Source of the DNA: an uncultured delta proteobacterium
GTDB taxonomy: Bacteria; Desulfobacterota; BSN033; UBA1163
NCBI GenBank assembly: GCA_963820625.1
Contig: CAWGAV010000016.1
Coordinates: 7,047 to 71,046, forward strand
DNA length: 64,000 bases
Direction: 5' to 3'
Part shown: one piece after another, positions 19,468 through 29,178 of the stretch
Position numbering within the stretch: the first letter of the stretch is position 1
Layout: every line of letters begins with the position of its first letter
Translations under genes and position numbers: made by a program
Notes under the pieces: model-generated
Databases searched by the model: none
What the model saw: the letters and a program-made list of their open reading frames with translations, nothing else
Told to the model about the DNA's origin: nothing

Positions 19468-19876
19468 TTAGCGTCTTCGTATTGAAGCTGAGTATGAGGC
19501 TATAAAAAACATACTCTCTGCCCTACCTGATCGTCCTCTTTCAACACTCTCTCAGCTCGAGCTCGCGGGTGTTGCCGCATTGCTGCACAATTTCTACAAC
19601 GGCATCGAAAATATCGTCAAACAGGTTTTTCAGGAAAAATCATTATCAATTCCTCAAGGAGAATCATGGCACAGAGATCTCTTGCTTGCGGCAGCCGAAA
19701 AGAACATCATATCTGACCTATTGCTGAATAACCTGAAGCAATATCTTGCTTTCCGCCACGATTTCAGCCATGCTTACGCACTGGAGCTCTTTCCAGAACG
19801 TATGGGACCACTTGTCAAGGATGCAGTTGCTCTGTTCAATGAGTTCAAGCAACAAATTGATAAGATAATAGGCTAA
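19460..19876 (+). pseudogene. HEPN (DUF86 / HepT-like) toxin with an in-frame TAG at codon 4
   Basis: ATG CCT GAT TAG then open frame [11 protein letters not shown]...[29 protein letters not shown] (R-X4-H intact). Confidence 0.8.
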
Positions 19877-19944
19877 CAACGGCTTCAACCCGGACTGCCA
19901 ATTCCGCTGCGCTCCATTGCAGCCGGTTAAGCCGAGCGTTATCT
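19871..19944 (+). mobile_element. Integron attC site 4
   Basis: GGCTAAC (contains the HEPN stop)-AAC-GGCTTCAACCCGGACTGC...GCAGCCGGTTAAGCC-GAGC-GTTATCT; R'' matches the GTTAGCC that opens the cassette at 19152. Confidence 0.9.
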
Positions 19945-20045
19945 GACTCCGAATACCTTCCTTAAAATAGAGTTCTTCCTTTCTTCGCTGAACTGCTTTT
20001 TTGAAGACCTTGAAAAATAGTCCAAAACTTTGTAAAAAGAAAATC

Positions 20046-20969
20046 ATGCGATTCAATCTTCCTCTTCAAAACAAACCTTTTGATGTGGTAGGGATGGGCC
20101 TCAACTCTGTGGACTTCCTCAGTGTGGTTCCAGAATTCCCTACTCCGAATTCAAAAATGAAGATGCTCCGGTTTTCCAAACAGGGAGGAGGCCAGGTGGC
20201 TACGGCCATGGTGGCCCTGAGTCGATGGGGTGTAAAAACGAAATATATTGGAGAAGTCGGGGAGGATGAGTTGGGCCAGTTTTCTCTCCACTCCATTCGT
20301 CAGGAGGGAGTGGATGTTTCTTCCGTGACGATCGAACCCAATACCACGAACCAGTTTGCCATGATCATCGTGGATGGTCCCTCTGGAGACCGAACAATCC
20401 TTTGGAATCGAGATGAACGACTGATTTGCCGCGAAGGAGAACTTCGAAAAGAGGAGGTCTGTTCAGGAAAACTCCTTCACTTGGATGGTCACGATATCCA
20501 TGCCGCTCTTCAGTGTGCGAGGTGGGCAAAGGAGGAAGGTATCCCAACTGTCGTTGACCTGGATAAAGTAGAACCTCTCACCTCTGATTTGATTAAGGAG
20601 ATTGATTTCGTCATCACCTCTTCACGGTTCCCTATGCTCTACACTGGAATTCCAGATCTAAAAAAAGCTCTTGGGGAACTTCAAAAACACACCTGTGGAT
20701 TTCTCTGCTCCACGTTGGGTCATGAAGGCGCCGTCGCTCTGGTCAATGGAGAAATCCTCTCCGTCAAAGGATTTGAAGTGAATGTGGTGGATACCACCGG
20801 TGCAGGAGATGTCTTCCATGGAGGATTCATTTATGGCCTCCTCAAAAATTGGGAGGTAGAAGAAATTCTGAGGTTTGCCAATGCCGTGGCTGCACTCAAA
20901 TGCCGAGACCTCGGTGGAAGAAAAGGAATTCCCACCTTAGAAGAAGTCCAACGATTCCTTTCCGTGTAG
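20046..20969 (+). CDS. PfkB family carbohydrate kinase
   Basis: GGGQVATA, VVDTTGAGDVFHGG, ANAVAAL. Confidence 0.92.
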   Translation: MRFNLPLQNKPFDVVGMGLNSVDFLSVVPEFPTPNSKMKMLRFSKQGGGQVATAMVALSRWGVKTKYIGEVGEDELGQFSLHSIRQEGVDVSSVTIEPNTTNQFAMIIVDGPSGDRTILWNRDERLICREGELRKEEVCSGKLLHLDGHDIHAALQCARWAKEEGIPTVVDLDKVEPLTSDLIKEIDFVITSSRFPMLYTGIPDLKKALGELQKHTCGFLCSTLGHEGAVALVNGEILSVKGFEVNVVDTTGAGDVFHGGFIYGLLKNWEVEEILRFANAVAALKCRDLGGRKGIPTLEEVQRFLSV

Positions 20970-21014
20970 AAGTCAAGGGAAAAAACTTGACAGACCATTT
21001 CAGAATTTGTTAAA

Positions 21015-21235
21015 AGGAACCATTCAAACGGTGATATCCGGGAAAAGGGAACCCCGTGACTCCTCCGAAAGAGGACAAGTCGGGGACGGACCCGCCGCTG
21101 TATTCGGGGACGAAACTTGCAATAAGCCACTGCCCTTCGACGAGCTCAGGGTGGGAAGGCGCAAGGAGGCCTGAAGTACGAGGAAGACTTCAGGCCAAGT
21201 AGGAAGATCCGAGAGTCAGAAAACCTGCCTGGATA
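21015..21235 (+). ncRNA. Cobalamin (AdoCbl) riboswitch
   Basis: GGGAACCCCGTGA..AAGTCGGGGACGGACCCGCCGCTGTA..GCCACTG..GGGAAGGC..AGTCAGAAAACCTGCC upstream of btuB. Confidence 0.92.
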
Positions 21236-21287
21236 TTCTTCACTAAGAGGTCTTCGAGGATAAGACTGTGAAGGGTGCAAGCGGGTA

Positions 21288-21328
21288 AAATCCCCAGTCT
21301 TCAGTGCGAAGGCTGGGGATTTTTTTTG
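21288..21328 (+). terminator. Intrinsic terminator of the cobalamin riboswitch leader
   Basis: AAAATCCCCAGTCTTC-agtgc-GAAGGCTGGGGATTTT followed by a T run. Confidence 0.85.
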
Positions 21329-21415
21329 AACCCTTCTCCCCAGCCCCGAACCTGGTATGGTTCGGGGTCAACCAAAATCTTTTTAGGCCCAGTCGATGGG
21401 GCGAGGAGGTGCTTT

Positions 21416-23377
21416 ATGAAACATTTTATTTCCATCCTTTTATCTTTAACCCTATTTGTAGTATTCCCATCCTTTTCTCTTGCACAAGACAAAGAAGTGA
21501 CGCTTGAAAAGGTCGTTGTCACCGCTACCCGGGATGTCGAGGAAATCAGAAAGATTCCTGCCAATGTCACTGTCATCACGAAAGAGGAGATTGGACAGTC
21601 CAATGCACAAAACGTGGTTGATCTGCTCCGAAACGACGTAGATATTGAGGTCCGGGATTTTTACGGAAATGGAAAGTCAGCCTCCGTTGATATCAGAGGT
21701 TTTGGAGAAACAGGTCCTCTCAATACACTCGTGTTAGTAGATGGGAGAAGGGTGAATGAAATCGACCTCAGCGGAGTTGACTGGACTCAAATTCCTCTTG
21801 ATCAAGTGGAGCGGATTGAGATCATCAGAGGCCCTGGAAGTGTTCTCTATGGTGATAATGCTGTTGGAGGTGTAATCAACATCATTACGAAGAAGCCTGA
21901 AAAACCTTTTTCTGCCAAAGCAGAAGTAGTGGGGGGAAGCTACGGCTACAACAAAGAGAGTGCTTCCGTGAGTGGAAAATGGGGTCCCCTGTCTGCCATT
22001 CTCAACGCGAGTCATAATGCTACGGACGGATATCGTGAGAATGGATTTTTAAGAGCAAAAGATGTTGGAGGAAAGGTTATCTATGACTTGAATGAAAACA
22101 TCAGCTTCAACCTGAGCGGAACTTTCCATCAGGATGATCAAGGCTTGCCAGGTGCCCTTCCTAAAGCCATTTACGAAGCGGACCGGCAGGCAACAATTGC
22201 CCCTGACGATAAAGCAAAAACGAATGATTGGTATCTCGCTCTGGGAGCAAAGGCCAAATTATGGGACCTCGGTCGATTGGAAATGGACCTTTCCTACCGA
22301 AATAGAGAAGTAAAGGACCTCTTTCAATCCTACTCCTTCAGTGACAAAAGAAATTTAAGCACCTGGGGAGTGACTCCAAGATACATTCTCGAAAAACCCC
22401 TCTGGATCTTGCCTAACAAATTAACTCTCGGGCTCGATTTCTATCATTCGGATTCCAACGTCTTCTCCGAGTCGTCCTTCGGATCAAACCGGGTAGAAGT
22501 TACGAAGCAATCGATAGGCGCCTATATATTGGATGAATTGTCTCTCCTCAAGAGCCTGATCCTCTCCATGGGTTATCGCCAGGAGTGGGTGACTTATGAC
22601 CTCTTTCAAGATGTACCCAGAGCAAAGGATAAAAAAAACAATAACGAGCCTGCCTGGAATGTTGGTCTAGACTATCTATTTGGCAAAAAATCTTCTGCCT
22701 TTCTTAGTGTCAAAAGGAGCTTCCGCTTCCCCGTTTCTGACGAATTGATCCAATTCTTCCCGACCTTTCAGGTGAACCCCGGGATGAAACCCCAAACGGG
22801 ATATCAGTATGAGGCTGGTGTCCGCCATGCTTTTACAGATCAGATCGAAGCCAATCTGACCCTCTTCTGGATCGATCTCCACGATGAAATTTTTTTCAAT
22901 CCTGAAACATTTACCAATGAAAACTTTCCCAAAACTCGGCGTCAGGGAATCGAAATAGGAGCAAAGGTGAGACCCCTCCAATGGCTCACTCTTTGGGGTA
23001 ACTACAGTTATATTAAGCCTACCCTGCAGGAGGAACCCTATTCAGGAAATGACATTCCCGGTGTTCCAAGGCATAAAGGCTCAGTCGGCGCGGATGTCCA
23101 AATATGGGGCGGTTTATCCTTCAACACCAGAGCCAATCTTGTAGGGTCCCGATACTTTATCAGTGATTGGGCCAACAAGGTGGATAAACTGGATGGATAT
23201 TATTCCATCGATGCAAAGCTCTCCTACGCCTGGAAGGGATTGAAGGCATTTATCGGTGTGAATAACCTGACCAATCAAAAGTTTTCAGAATTCGGCGTTG
23301 TCAATGCCACGGGGGCACAATTTTATTATCCTTCACCTGAGCGTAACTTTATCGGAGGTCTCTCCTACACTTTTTAG
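21416..23377 (+). CDS. btuB: TonB-dependent cobalamin receptor
   Basis: GGAGGT SD, signal peptide, TonB box LEKVVVTATR, plug motif RIEIIRGPGSVLYG, terminal GLSYTF; under the B12 riboswitch. Confidence 0.88.
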   Translation: MKHFISILLSLTLFVVFPSFSLAQDKEVTLEKVVVTATRDVEEIRKIPANVTVITKEEIGQSNAQNVVDLLRNDVDIEVRDFYGNGKSASVDIRGFGETGPLNTLVLVDGRRVNEIDLSGVDWTQIPLDQVERIEIIRGPGSVLYGDNAVGGVINIITKKPEKPFSAKAEVVGGSYGYNKESASVSGKWGPLSAILNASHNATDGYRENGFLRAKDVGGKVIYDLNENISFNLSGTFHQDDQGLPGALPKAIYEADRQATIAPDDKAKTNDWYLALGAKAKLWDLGRLEMDLSYRNREVKDLFQSYSFSDKRNLSTWGVTPRYILEKPLWILPNKLTLGLDFYHSDSNVFSESSFGSNRVEVTKQSIGAYILDELSLLKSLILSMGYRQEWVTYDLFQDVPRAKDKKNNNEPAWNVGLDYLFGKKSSAFLSVKRSFRFPVSDELIQFFPTFQVNPGMKPQTGYQYEAGVRHAFTDQIEANLTLFWIDLHDEIFFNPETFTNENFPKTRRQGIEIGAKVRPLQWLTLWGNYSYIKPTLQEEPYSGNDIPGVPRHKGSVGADVQIWGGLSFNTRANLVGSRYFISDWANKVDKLDGYYSIDAKLSYAWKGLKAFIGVNNLTNQKFSEFGVVNATGAQFYYPSPERNFIGGLSYTF

Positions 23378-23386
23378 AGACTCGAA

Positions 23387-24193
23387 ATGGAATACTCTCT
23401 ACTGCAAAAATGTTATAAAAGGATGTTCCCATTTAGATTGGGGACCACCTCTTATATCTATCCTGACCAAATTGTTCCAAACGTGGCTAAGCTGACTCCC
23501 TTCCTCGATGAGATAGAACTGGTCCTTTTTGAGAGTGAAGGCCAAGATAATTACCCGGATGAAGTCGAATTGAGAAGCCTGATGAATTTCTGCCTCAATG
23601 GGGAAGTGGATTTTAACGTCCATCTTCCCATCGATATATTTCTTGGAGATAAAAACGAGGAAGTCAGGTTCAAGGGAATCTCGGTTGTCAAAAAGGTGAT
23701 CGAACGAACCCTCTGTATTAACCCTTCTGTCTACACCCTCCATTTCGATCTAAGAAAGAGTGATGGACAACAAGAACGCGATATCAACGCCTGGAAGAGT
23801 CGCATTATCCGAAGCATAGAAGAGATGGTGGAATATGGAATCGAACCGAAACGTATTTCCATTGAAACCCTTTCATATCCATTCGAATGGATTGAAGACA
23901 TCGTAAAGGGATTTGGCTTTTCGATCTGTCTCGATATCGGTCATATGTTGATCTATGGCCAGGATTTTCGAGGCTATTTGGACAAATATCTCCCCCAAAC
24001 TTCCATCATCCATCTCCATGGTTTTCAAAACGGTGTCGATCACTTGGGAATTGACAGATTAAATGACAGAATCGTTGATCTGATCCTTTCCAAGCTTCAG
24101 AATTATACGGGAATTTTGTCCATTGAGGTCTTCTCATTTGATGACCTGAAAAACTCTCTGGAGGTCTTGGAGCAAAAATGGGAAAAAAGATGA
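23387..24193 (+). CDS. cbiR: Cobamide remodeling phosphodiesterase CbiR-like (AP endonuclease 2 / TIM barrel)
   Basis: FRLGTTSYIYP, DEIELVLFES, NVHLP, ISIET, CLDIGH, IIHLHG, DHL; directly upstream of cobU-cobS-cobT. Confidence 0.7.
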   Translation: MEYSLLQKCYKRMFPFRLGTTSYIYPDQIVPNVAKLTPFLDEIELVLFESEGQDNYPDEVELRSLMNFCLNGEVDFNVHLPIDIFLGDKNEEVRFKGISVVKKVIERTLCINPSVYTLHFDLRKSDGQQERDINAWKSRIIRSIEEMVEYGIEPKRISIETLSYPFEWIEDIVKGFGFSICLDIGHMLIYGQDFRGYLDKYLPQTSIIHLHGFQNGVDHLGIDRLNDRIVDLILSKLQNYTGILSIEVFSFDDLKNSLEVLEQKWEKR

Positions 24194-24708
24194 TCTTTAT
24201 CACCGGAGGATGTCGGAGCGGCAAGAGCCGCTTTGCTTTGAACTATGCCAATCAACATTCTACCAAAAAACTCTATCTGGCTACCTGTGAGCGCCTCGAT
24301 GAAGAGATGGCTCAACGAATAGAGGATCATAAAAAAATTAGGGGTCCAGAATGGCAGACGGTGGAGGAACCTATAAAGGTAGTAGATAAGATCAGGAAAT
24401 ACGGAAATGTGGTGGACGTGATTCTTTTGGATTGTCTTACCCTCTGGCTTTCTAATCTTCTGATGAGACGAAATGATGATCCGGAGATAATGGATGAGGT
24501 AAGCAGATTAATTGATACTATTAAGCAGAGCCAAACCTCACTCATCCTTGTATCTAATGAGGTAGGGATGGGGATTGTCCCAGCAGATCCATTAAGCCGT
24601 CGGTTCAGAGATCTTTCAGGAATGGCCAACCAGAAGATTGCTGAAGTGGCAGAGACGGTGATTCTTATGGTTTCTGGAATCCCGGTATTTTTAAAGGGTG
24701 TAGAATGA
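24178..24708 (+). CDS. cobU: Adenosylcobinamide kinase / adenosylcobinamide-phosphate guanylyltransferase
   Basis: ITGGCRSGKS, RIEDH, WQTVEEP, LDCLTLWLSN, VSNEVGMG, FRDLSG. Confidence 0.95.
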   Translation: MGKKMIFITGGCRSGKSRFALNYANQHSTKKLYLATCERLDEEMAQRIEDHKKIRGPEWQTVEEPIKVVDKIRKYGNVVDVILLDCLTLWLSNLLMRRNDDPEIMDEVSRLIDTIKQSQTSLILVSNEVGMGIVPADPLSRRFRDLSGMANQKIAEVAETVILMVSGIPVFLKGVE

Positions 24709-25454
24709 GAGACTTTCTTCAGGCTATTTCCTTTCTTACTATTCTACCTGTTGGCCAAGTTTTACCTTCAAAAGATAAGGTATTGGCTCGTTCGATGGCT
24801 TTTTTCCCCTTAGTGGGCCTGGTGATCGGGTTGCTTTCGGCCCTTGGCAATTATCTCCTTTCATTCTTCTTGCCCAAACCCCTTGTCCTTTGGTTAACGA
24901 TCGGACTTCTGGCACTCTTAACGGGAGGCCTCCATTTGGATGGATTTGCAGATACCATGGATGGTTTGTCTTCGGGTGGGACAAGAAAAAAGATTCTCGA
25001 AGTAATGAGGGACAGTCGAATAGGTGCCTTTGGAGTAATCAGTCTGATCTTGCTAATCGGAGCTAAATATCTTTCTTTGGATCAAATTTCGAATCCTTCC
25101 ATTCTCCACTCCTTAATCTTGATGGCTGTAATGGGAAGAAATTCTATGGTTTTGGTTTGTTATCGTTCACCCTATGCCAGATCCGGTGAGGGGTTAGGTA
25201 AACCTTTCACTGAAAATCTTGGTACTCTGGAGATGGTCTTATCCTTAGTCTCGGCATTTGGCATCGCCTTATTGCTCATGGGCCTTAAGGGGATTTTGGT
25301 ATTCTTGGGAATCTGTCTTTTCAGCCTCGGATATCGGTTCTTTTTCATAAAAAAATTAGGTGGGGTGACAGGTGATATTTTAGGGGCAGCTAATGAACTG
25401 GCAGAACTTCTATGCCTCACCTTTTTTGTGATTATAGAGCATATTCGTATGTAG
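24705..25454 (+). CDS. cobS: Cobalamin synthase
   Basis: FLTILP, TGGLHLDGFADTMDG, MRDSRIGAFG, GGVTGDILGA. Confidence 0.95.
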   Translation: MRDFLQAISFLTILPVGQVLPSKDKVLARSMAFFPLVGLVIGLLSALGNYLLSFFLPKPLVLWLTIGLLALLTGGLHLDGFADTMDGLSSGGTRKKILEVMRDSRIGAFGVISLILLIGAKYLSLDQISNPSILHSLILMAVMGRNSMVLVCYRSPYARSGEGLGKPFTENLGTLEMVLSLVSAFGIALLLMGLKGILVFLGICLFSLGYRFFFIKKLGGVTGDILGAANELAELLCLTFFVIIEHIRM

Positions 25455-25457
25455 AAT

Positions 25458-26528
25458 TTGAAGGAGAGAATAATGGATAAAATTAACCACGTAATCGCCA
25501 ACATTAAACCTTTGGACGAAAAGGCCATAGAAGAGGCCAGAAGGAGGCAGAACAACCTAACAAAACCACACGGCTCTTTAGGCCAACTGGAATCTCTTTC
25601 CATTCAGGTTGCTGGGATAAAAGGGAATCCAAGGCCTCGAATCATCCACAAAGTCATATTTACACTGGCTGGAGACCACGGTGTCACCCAGACAGGTGTG
25701 AGCGCCTATCCATCTGAAGTGACTCCCCAGATGGTCTATAACTTTCTTCGTGGAGGTGCTGCGATCAATGTCTTGGCACGACAAGTAGGGGCAAGGGTCG
25801 TCGTAGCAGACTTAGGAGTTGCCTCTGTTCTTGAACGACACCCTCAATTGAAAGATAAAAAAGTGGCCATGGGCACTCACAATATGGCCGAACGGCCTGC
25901 CATGAGTCGGGAGGAAGCCATCCGTTCCATCGAAGCAGGAATCGAGTTAGTGGAAGAGGAGTTAACGAAGGGGATCGATATTTTGGGAACGGGTGATATG
26001 GGAATTGGAAACACCACCTCCTCCAGTGCGATCACAGCTACTTTAACAGGAGCTGATGTTACCACAGTGACGGGAAGAGGGACAGGCCTTGACGAAGAGG
26101 GATGGGGGCGAAAGGTGAAGGTGATTCAAAAGGCTTTAGCACTCAATCGACCCGATCCAAAAGATGCGATCGATGTCCTGTCTAAAGTAGGAGGGTTTGA
26201 GATCGGAGGAATCGTGGGAGTGATTTTGGCAGGGGCCAGATATCAAATCCCTGTTGTAATCGATGGGTTCATCTCTGGTGCAGCCGCTTTGATTGCTGCA
26301 TCCCTTTCACCTCAAGTAAAGCCCTGCCTCATTGCCTCTCATCAATCAGCTGAACCAGGACATAAAAAAATATTGGAACACCTCGGCCCGATACCTTTGC
26401 TCAATCTCAACATGAGATTAGGTGAGGGAACTGGGGCGGCCTTGGGGATATTTCTGGTTGAGGCCAGCCTTAAGATTCTTGACGAAATGGCAACTTTTGC
26501 TGAAGCGGAAGTTTCTGAGAAAATATGA
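25458..26528 (+). CDS. cobT: Nicotinate-nucleotide--dimethylbenzimidazole phosphoribosyltransferase
   Basis: LTKPHGSLGQLE, AGDHGV, GDMGIGNTT, GGFEIGG, RLGEGTGA. Confidence 0.96.
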   Translation: MKERIMDKINHVIANIKPLDEKAIEEARRRQNNLTKPHGSLGQLESLSIQVAGIKGNPRPRIIHKVIFTLAGDHGVTQTGVSAYPSEVTPQMVYNFLRGGAAINVLARQVGARVVVADLGVASVLERHPQLKDKKVAMGTHNMAERPAMSREEAIRSIEAGIELVEEELTKGIDILGTGDMGIGNTTSSSAITATLTGADVTTVTGRGTGLDEEGWGRKVKVIQKALALNRPDPKDAIDVLSKVGGFEIGGIVGVILAGARYQIPVVIDGFISGAAALIAASLSPQVKPCLIASHQSAEPGHKKILEHLGPIPLLNLNMRLGEGTGAALGIFLVEASLKILDEMATFAEAEVSEKI

Positions 26529-27424
26529 TTAGAAAATCGCTTCTCTTAGCCTTGGTGATTAGTCTCCTTCTTAATATTTCTGTTGAGGGGGAAGAACGCC
26601 TATTGACCGACGAGATAGGGAGGAAGGTTAAAATTCCTCATTCTGCAAAAAGGATCATCTCTTTAGCCCCCAGTATTACAGAGATCCTGTTCGCTTTGGG
26701 ATTGAATGAGGAAATAGTGGGGGTCACCAGCTTTTGTGATTATCCAGAAACTGCTTCGACCAAACCGAGAATCGGAGGGTTTATAAATCCAAGTATTGAA
26801 AAGATTGTTTCATCGAAACCGGATCTGATCATTGCTATCAGAGATGGCAACCGATGGGAAACCATCCACAGACTAAACGAACTGGGGTTCCCTGTCTATG
26901 TAGTTGATCCAAGAAATTTTGATGGAGTGATGAGGACAATCAGGAATATTGGTGAAATTGTGGAAAAACGAGATGCATCAGTAAGAATTATACAAAATAT
27001 GGTTACAAGAAAGGAGAACATCCTCAATCTTACTCAATCCCTCTCTAAGCCCAGGGTTTTCTTCCAGGTCGGGGATGTACCTATTATAACGGTGGGAAGG
27101 GGGACACTCGCTAATGATCTCATCCGTTTAGCGGGAGGGGAAAATATATCGGAAGATGAACCTGTGAATTACCCTCTTTACAGCATCGAGACTGTCATGT
27201 TGAAAGCCCCAGAGGTGATTATCATCAGTTCCATGGAAAGTAAAAGGGATTGCATGAGCTTAATTAAGAAGTGGCAGGACTGGAAAAACATCCCTGCGAT
27301 AAAAAGGAAATCGATTTACGTCATAGATTCGAATTTGGTCGACCGGCCGACCCCGAGGATCATAGAAGGATTGGAAGCGATGGTGAAAATGATTCATACA
27401 GAATCTTTTGGAGAGAAGAGATGA
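26525..27424 (+). CDS. btuF: Cobalamin-binding periplasmic protein
   Basis: [40 protein letters not shown]. Confidence 0.88.
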   Translation: MIRKSLLLALVISLLLNISVEGEERLLTDEIGRKVKIPHSAKRIISLAPSITEILFALGLNEEIVGVTSFCDYPETASTKPRIGGFINPSIEKIVSSKPDLIIAIRDGNRWETIHRLNELGFPVYVVDPRNFDGVMRTIRNIGEIVEKRDASVRIIQNMVTRKENILNLTQSLSKPRVFFQVGDVPIITVGRGTLANDLIRLAGGENISEDEPVNYPLYSIETVMLKAPEVIIISSMESKRDCMSLIKKWQDWKNIPAIKRKSIYVIDSNLVDRPTPRIIEGLEAMVKMIHTESFGEKR

Positions 27425-28963
27425 AGTCGCTGATGATCCAAGGAACAGGTTCCTATGTCGGAAAAAGTTTGATCGTAGCTGGACTCTGTCGGATCTTCAA
27501 AAAGGATGGATTCGATGTCGTTCCCTTCAAGTCCCAGAACATGTCACTGAACTCATTTGTGACAAAGGAGGGGGGAGAAATGGGAAGGGCTCAGGTAGTG
27601 CAGGCAGAGGCAGCCGACATCGAGCCCCATGTCGACATGAACCCCCATCCTGATCAAACCCAATACGGATATCGGCGCTCAGATCATCATCCATGGAAAA
27701 GTTTACAGAAACATGTCTGCCATCCAGTATCACCAATTTAAGAAAAGGGCCTTAAGGGCTGTCAAAGAAAGTTTTTATCGTCTGAAAGAAAGATACGAAC
27801 TCATGGTCATCGAAGGTGCTGGGAGCCCTGCAGAGATCAATCTAAGGGAGAATGATATCGTAAATATGGGAATGGCAGAGATTGCAGATTGTCCTGTTAT
27901 TTTGGTGGGCGATATTGATAAGGGAGGGGTCTTCGCCTCTCTCATCGGAACCCTTGAACTCTTGAGCAAGGAAGAAAAAAAGAGAATCAAGGGGTTTATC
28001 ATCAATAAGTTTCGGGGGGACATCCGATTATTAAAACCAGGGCTGGACTTTCTTGAGAAGAAGACGGGTATCCCTGTGATCGGCGTCATCCCTTACTTTA
28101 AAGATCTGTACATACAGGAAGAGGATGGGGTCTCAGTGGAAAAGATGGGAATGGGTGTGGTGAGAGGGGACATCCGCATTTCCGTCATTCTCCTTCCCCA
28201 TATCTCAAATTTCACCGATTTTGACGCCTTGGAGAAAGAACCGGATGTAGAACTCCTGTACATAAGGCCCGGGAGTCAAATTCCCTCTTCCGATTTAATC
28301 ATCATCCCAGGAAGCAAGAACACGATTGATGACCTCCTCTATCTCAAACACCACAAGTATGATCAGGCGATTCTTCAACATCATGCAATTGGCGGATTCG
28401 TCACGGGCATATGTGGGGGTTACCAAATGCTGGGTAAGCGGATTTTTGATCCTTTCAAGATCGAGACAAAAAAGAAGACCATCTTAGGGCTGGGGCTGCT
28501 CAAGGTCGAAACGACGATTGAAACGGACAAGGTGACTTCTCAGGTAGAAGCGAGGATGTTACAAAAGGATTGGGTCCCGTGGAGGTCTGGGGCGATTCTT
28601 GGATATGAGATTCACATGGGAAGAACCCGGAGGGAGGGGCCGGTTCATCCGGCCTTTTTGATTGTCAAAAAAGGAGGCCGAAAGGTCTCTGTTGAAGATG
28701 GGGCGATCTCTGAGGATGGAAAGGTGTGGGGAACCTACATTCATGGAGTCTTCGACAATGATAAATTCCGAAGAGGCTTCATCAACCATTTGAGGCAAAG
28801 AAAGGGATTGATTCCTTTGCGCAGTGGCGATATCCTCCGTTACCACCAATTGAAAGAGGAGGGATTTAATAGATTAGAAAGAGGGCTTAGAGAGAATCTG
28901 AAGATGGACATCCTTTATCGGATCATCGAACAGATGCCCGTACAATACAAAACTAAATCTTGA
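27421..28963 (+). pseudogene. cobQ: Cobyric acid synthase split by a +1 frameshift in a C5 run at 27642-27646
   Basis: [27 protein letters not shown]; removing one C restores [25 protein letters not shown] into EGAGSPAE...ISNFTDFD..GICGGYQMLG..GTYIHG. Confidence 0.88.
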
Positions 28964-29007
28964 CACATCGGAGGGGTTGTAATATAAAAACTTTAATTAC
29001 TCAGGAT

Positions 29008-29080
<73 letters not shown>

Positions 29081-29178
29081 CTTTGTTTTCAACTTAGGGC
29101 AATTTCAATTGCCCTATTTTTTCATCCCTGCCTGCGCCTGCCTGCGGTAGGCAGGGTAAGCAGGTAAGGGGGTATGGG

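Noticed and set aside
19469-19471. Pyrrolysine recoding of the HEPN TAG
   Set aside because: No pyl genes in the window and no reason for Pyl at residue 4 of an RNase; other internal stops in the window are TAA or frameshifts, which fits decay.
21275-21415. Long N-terminal extension of BtuB in the ORF track
   Set aside because: It runs through the riboswitch terminator; the SD and signal peptide point to ATG 21416.
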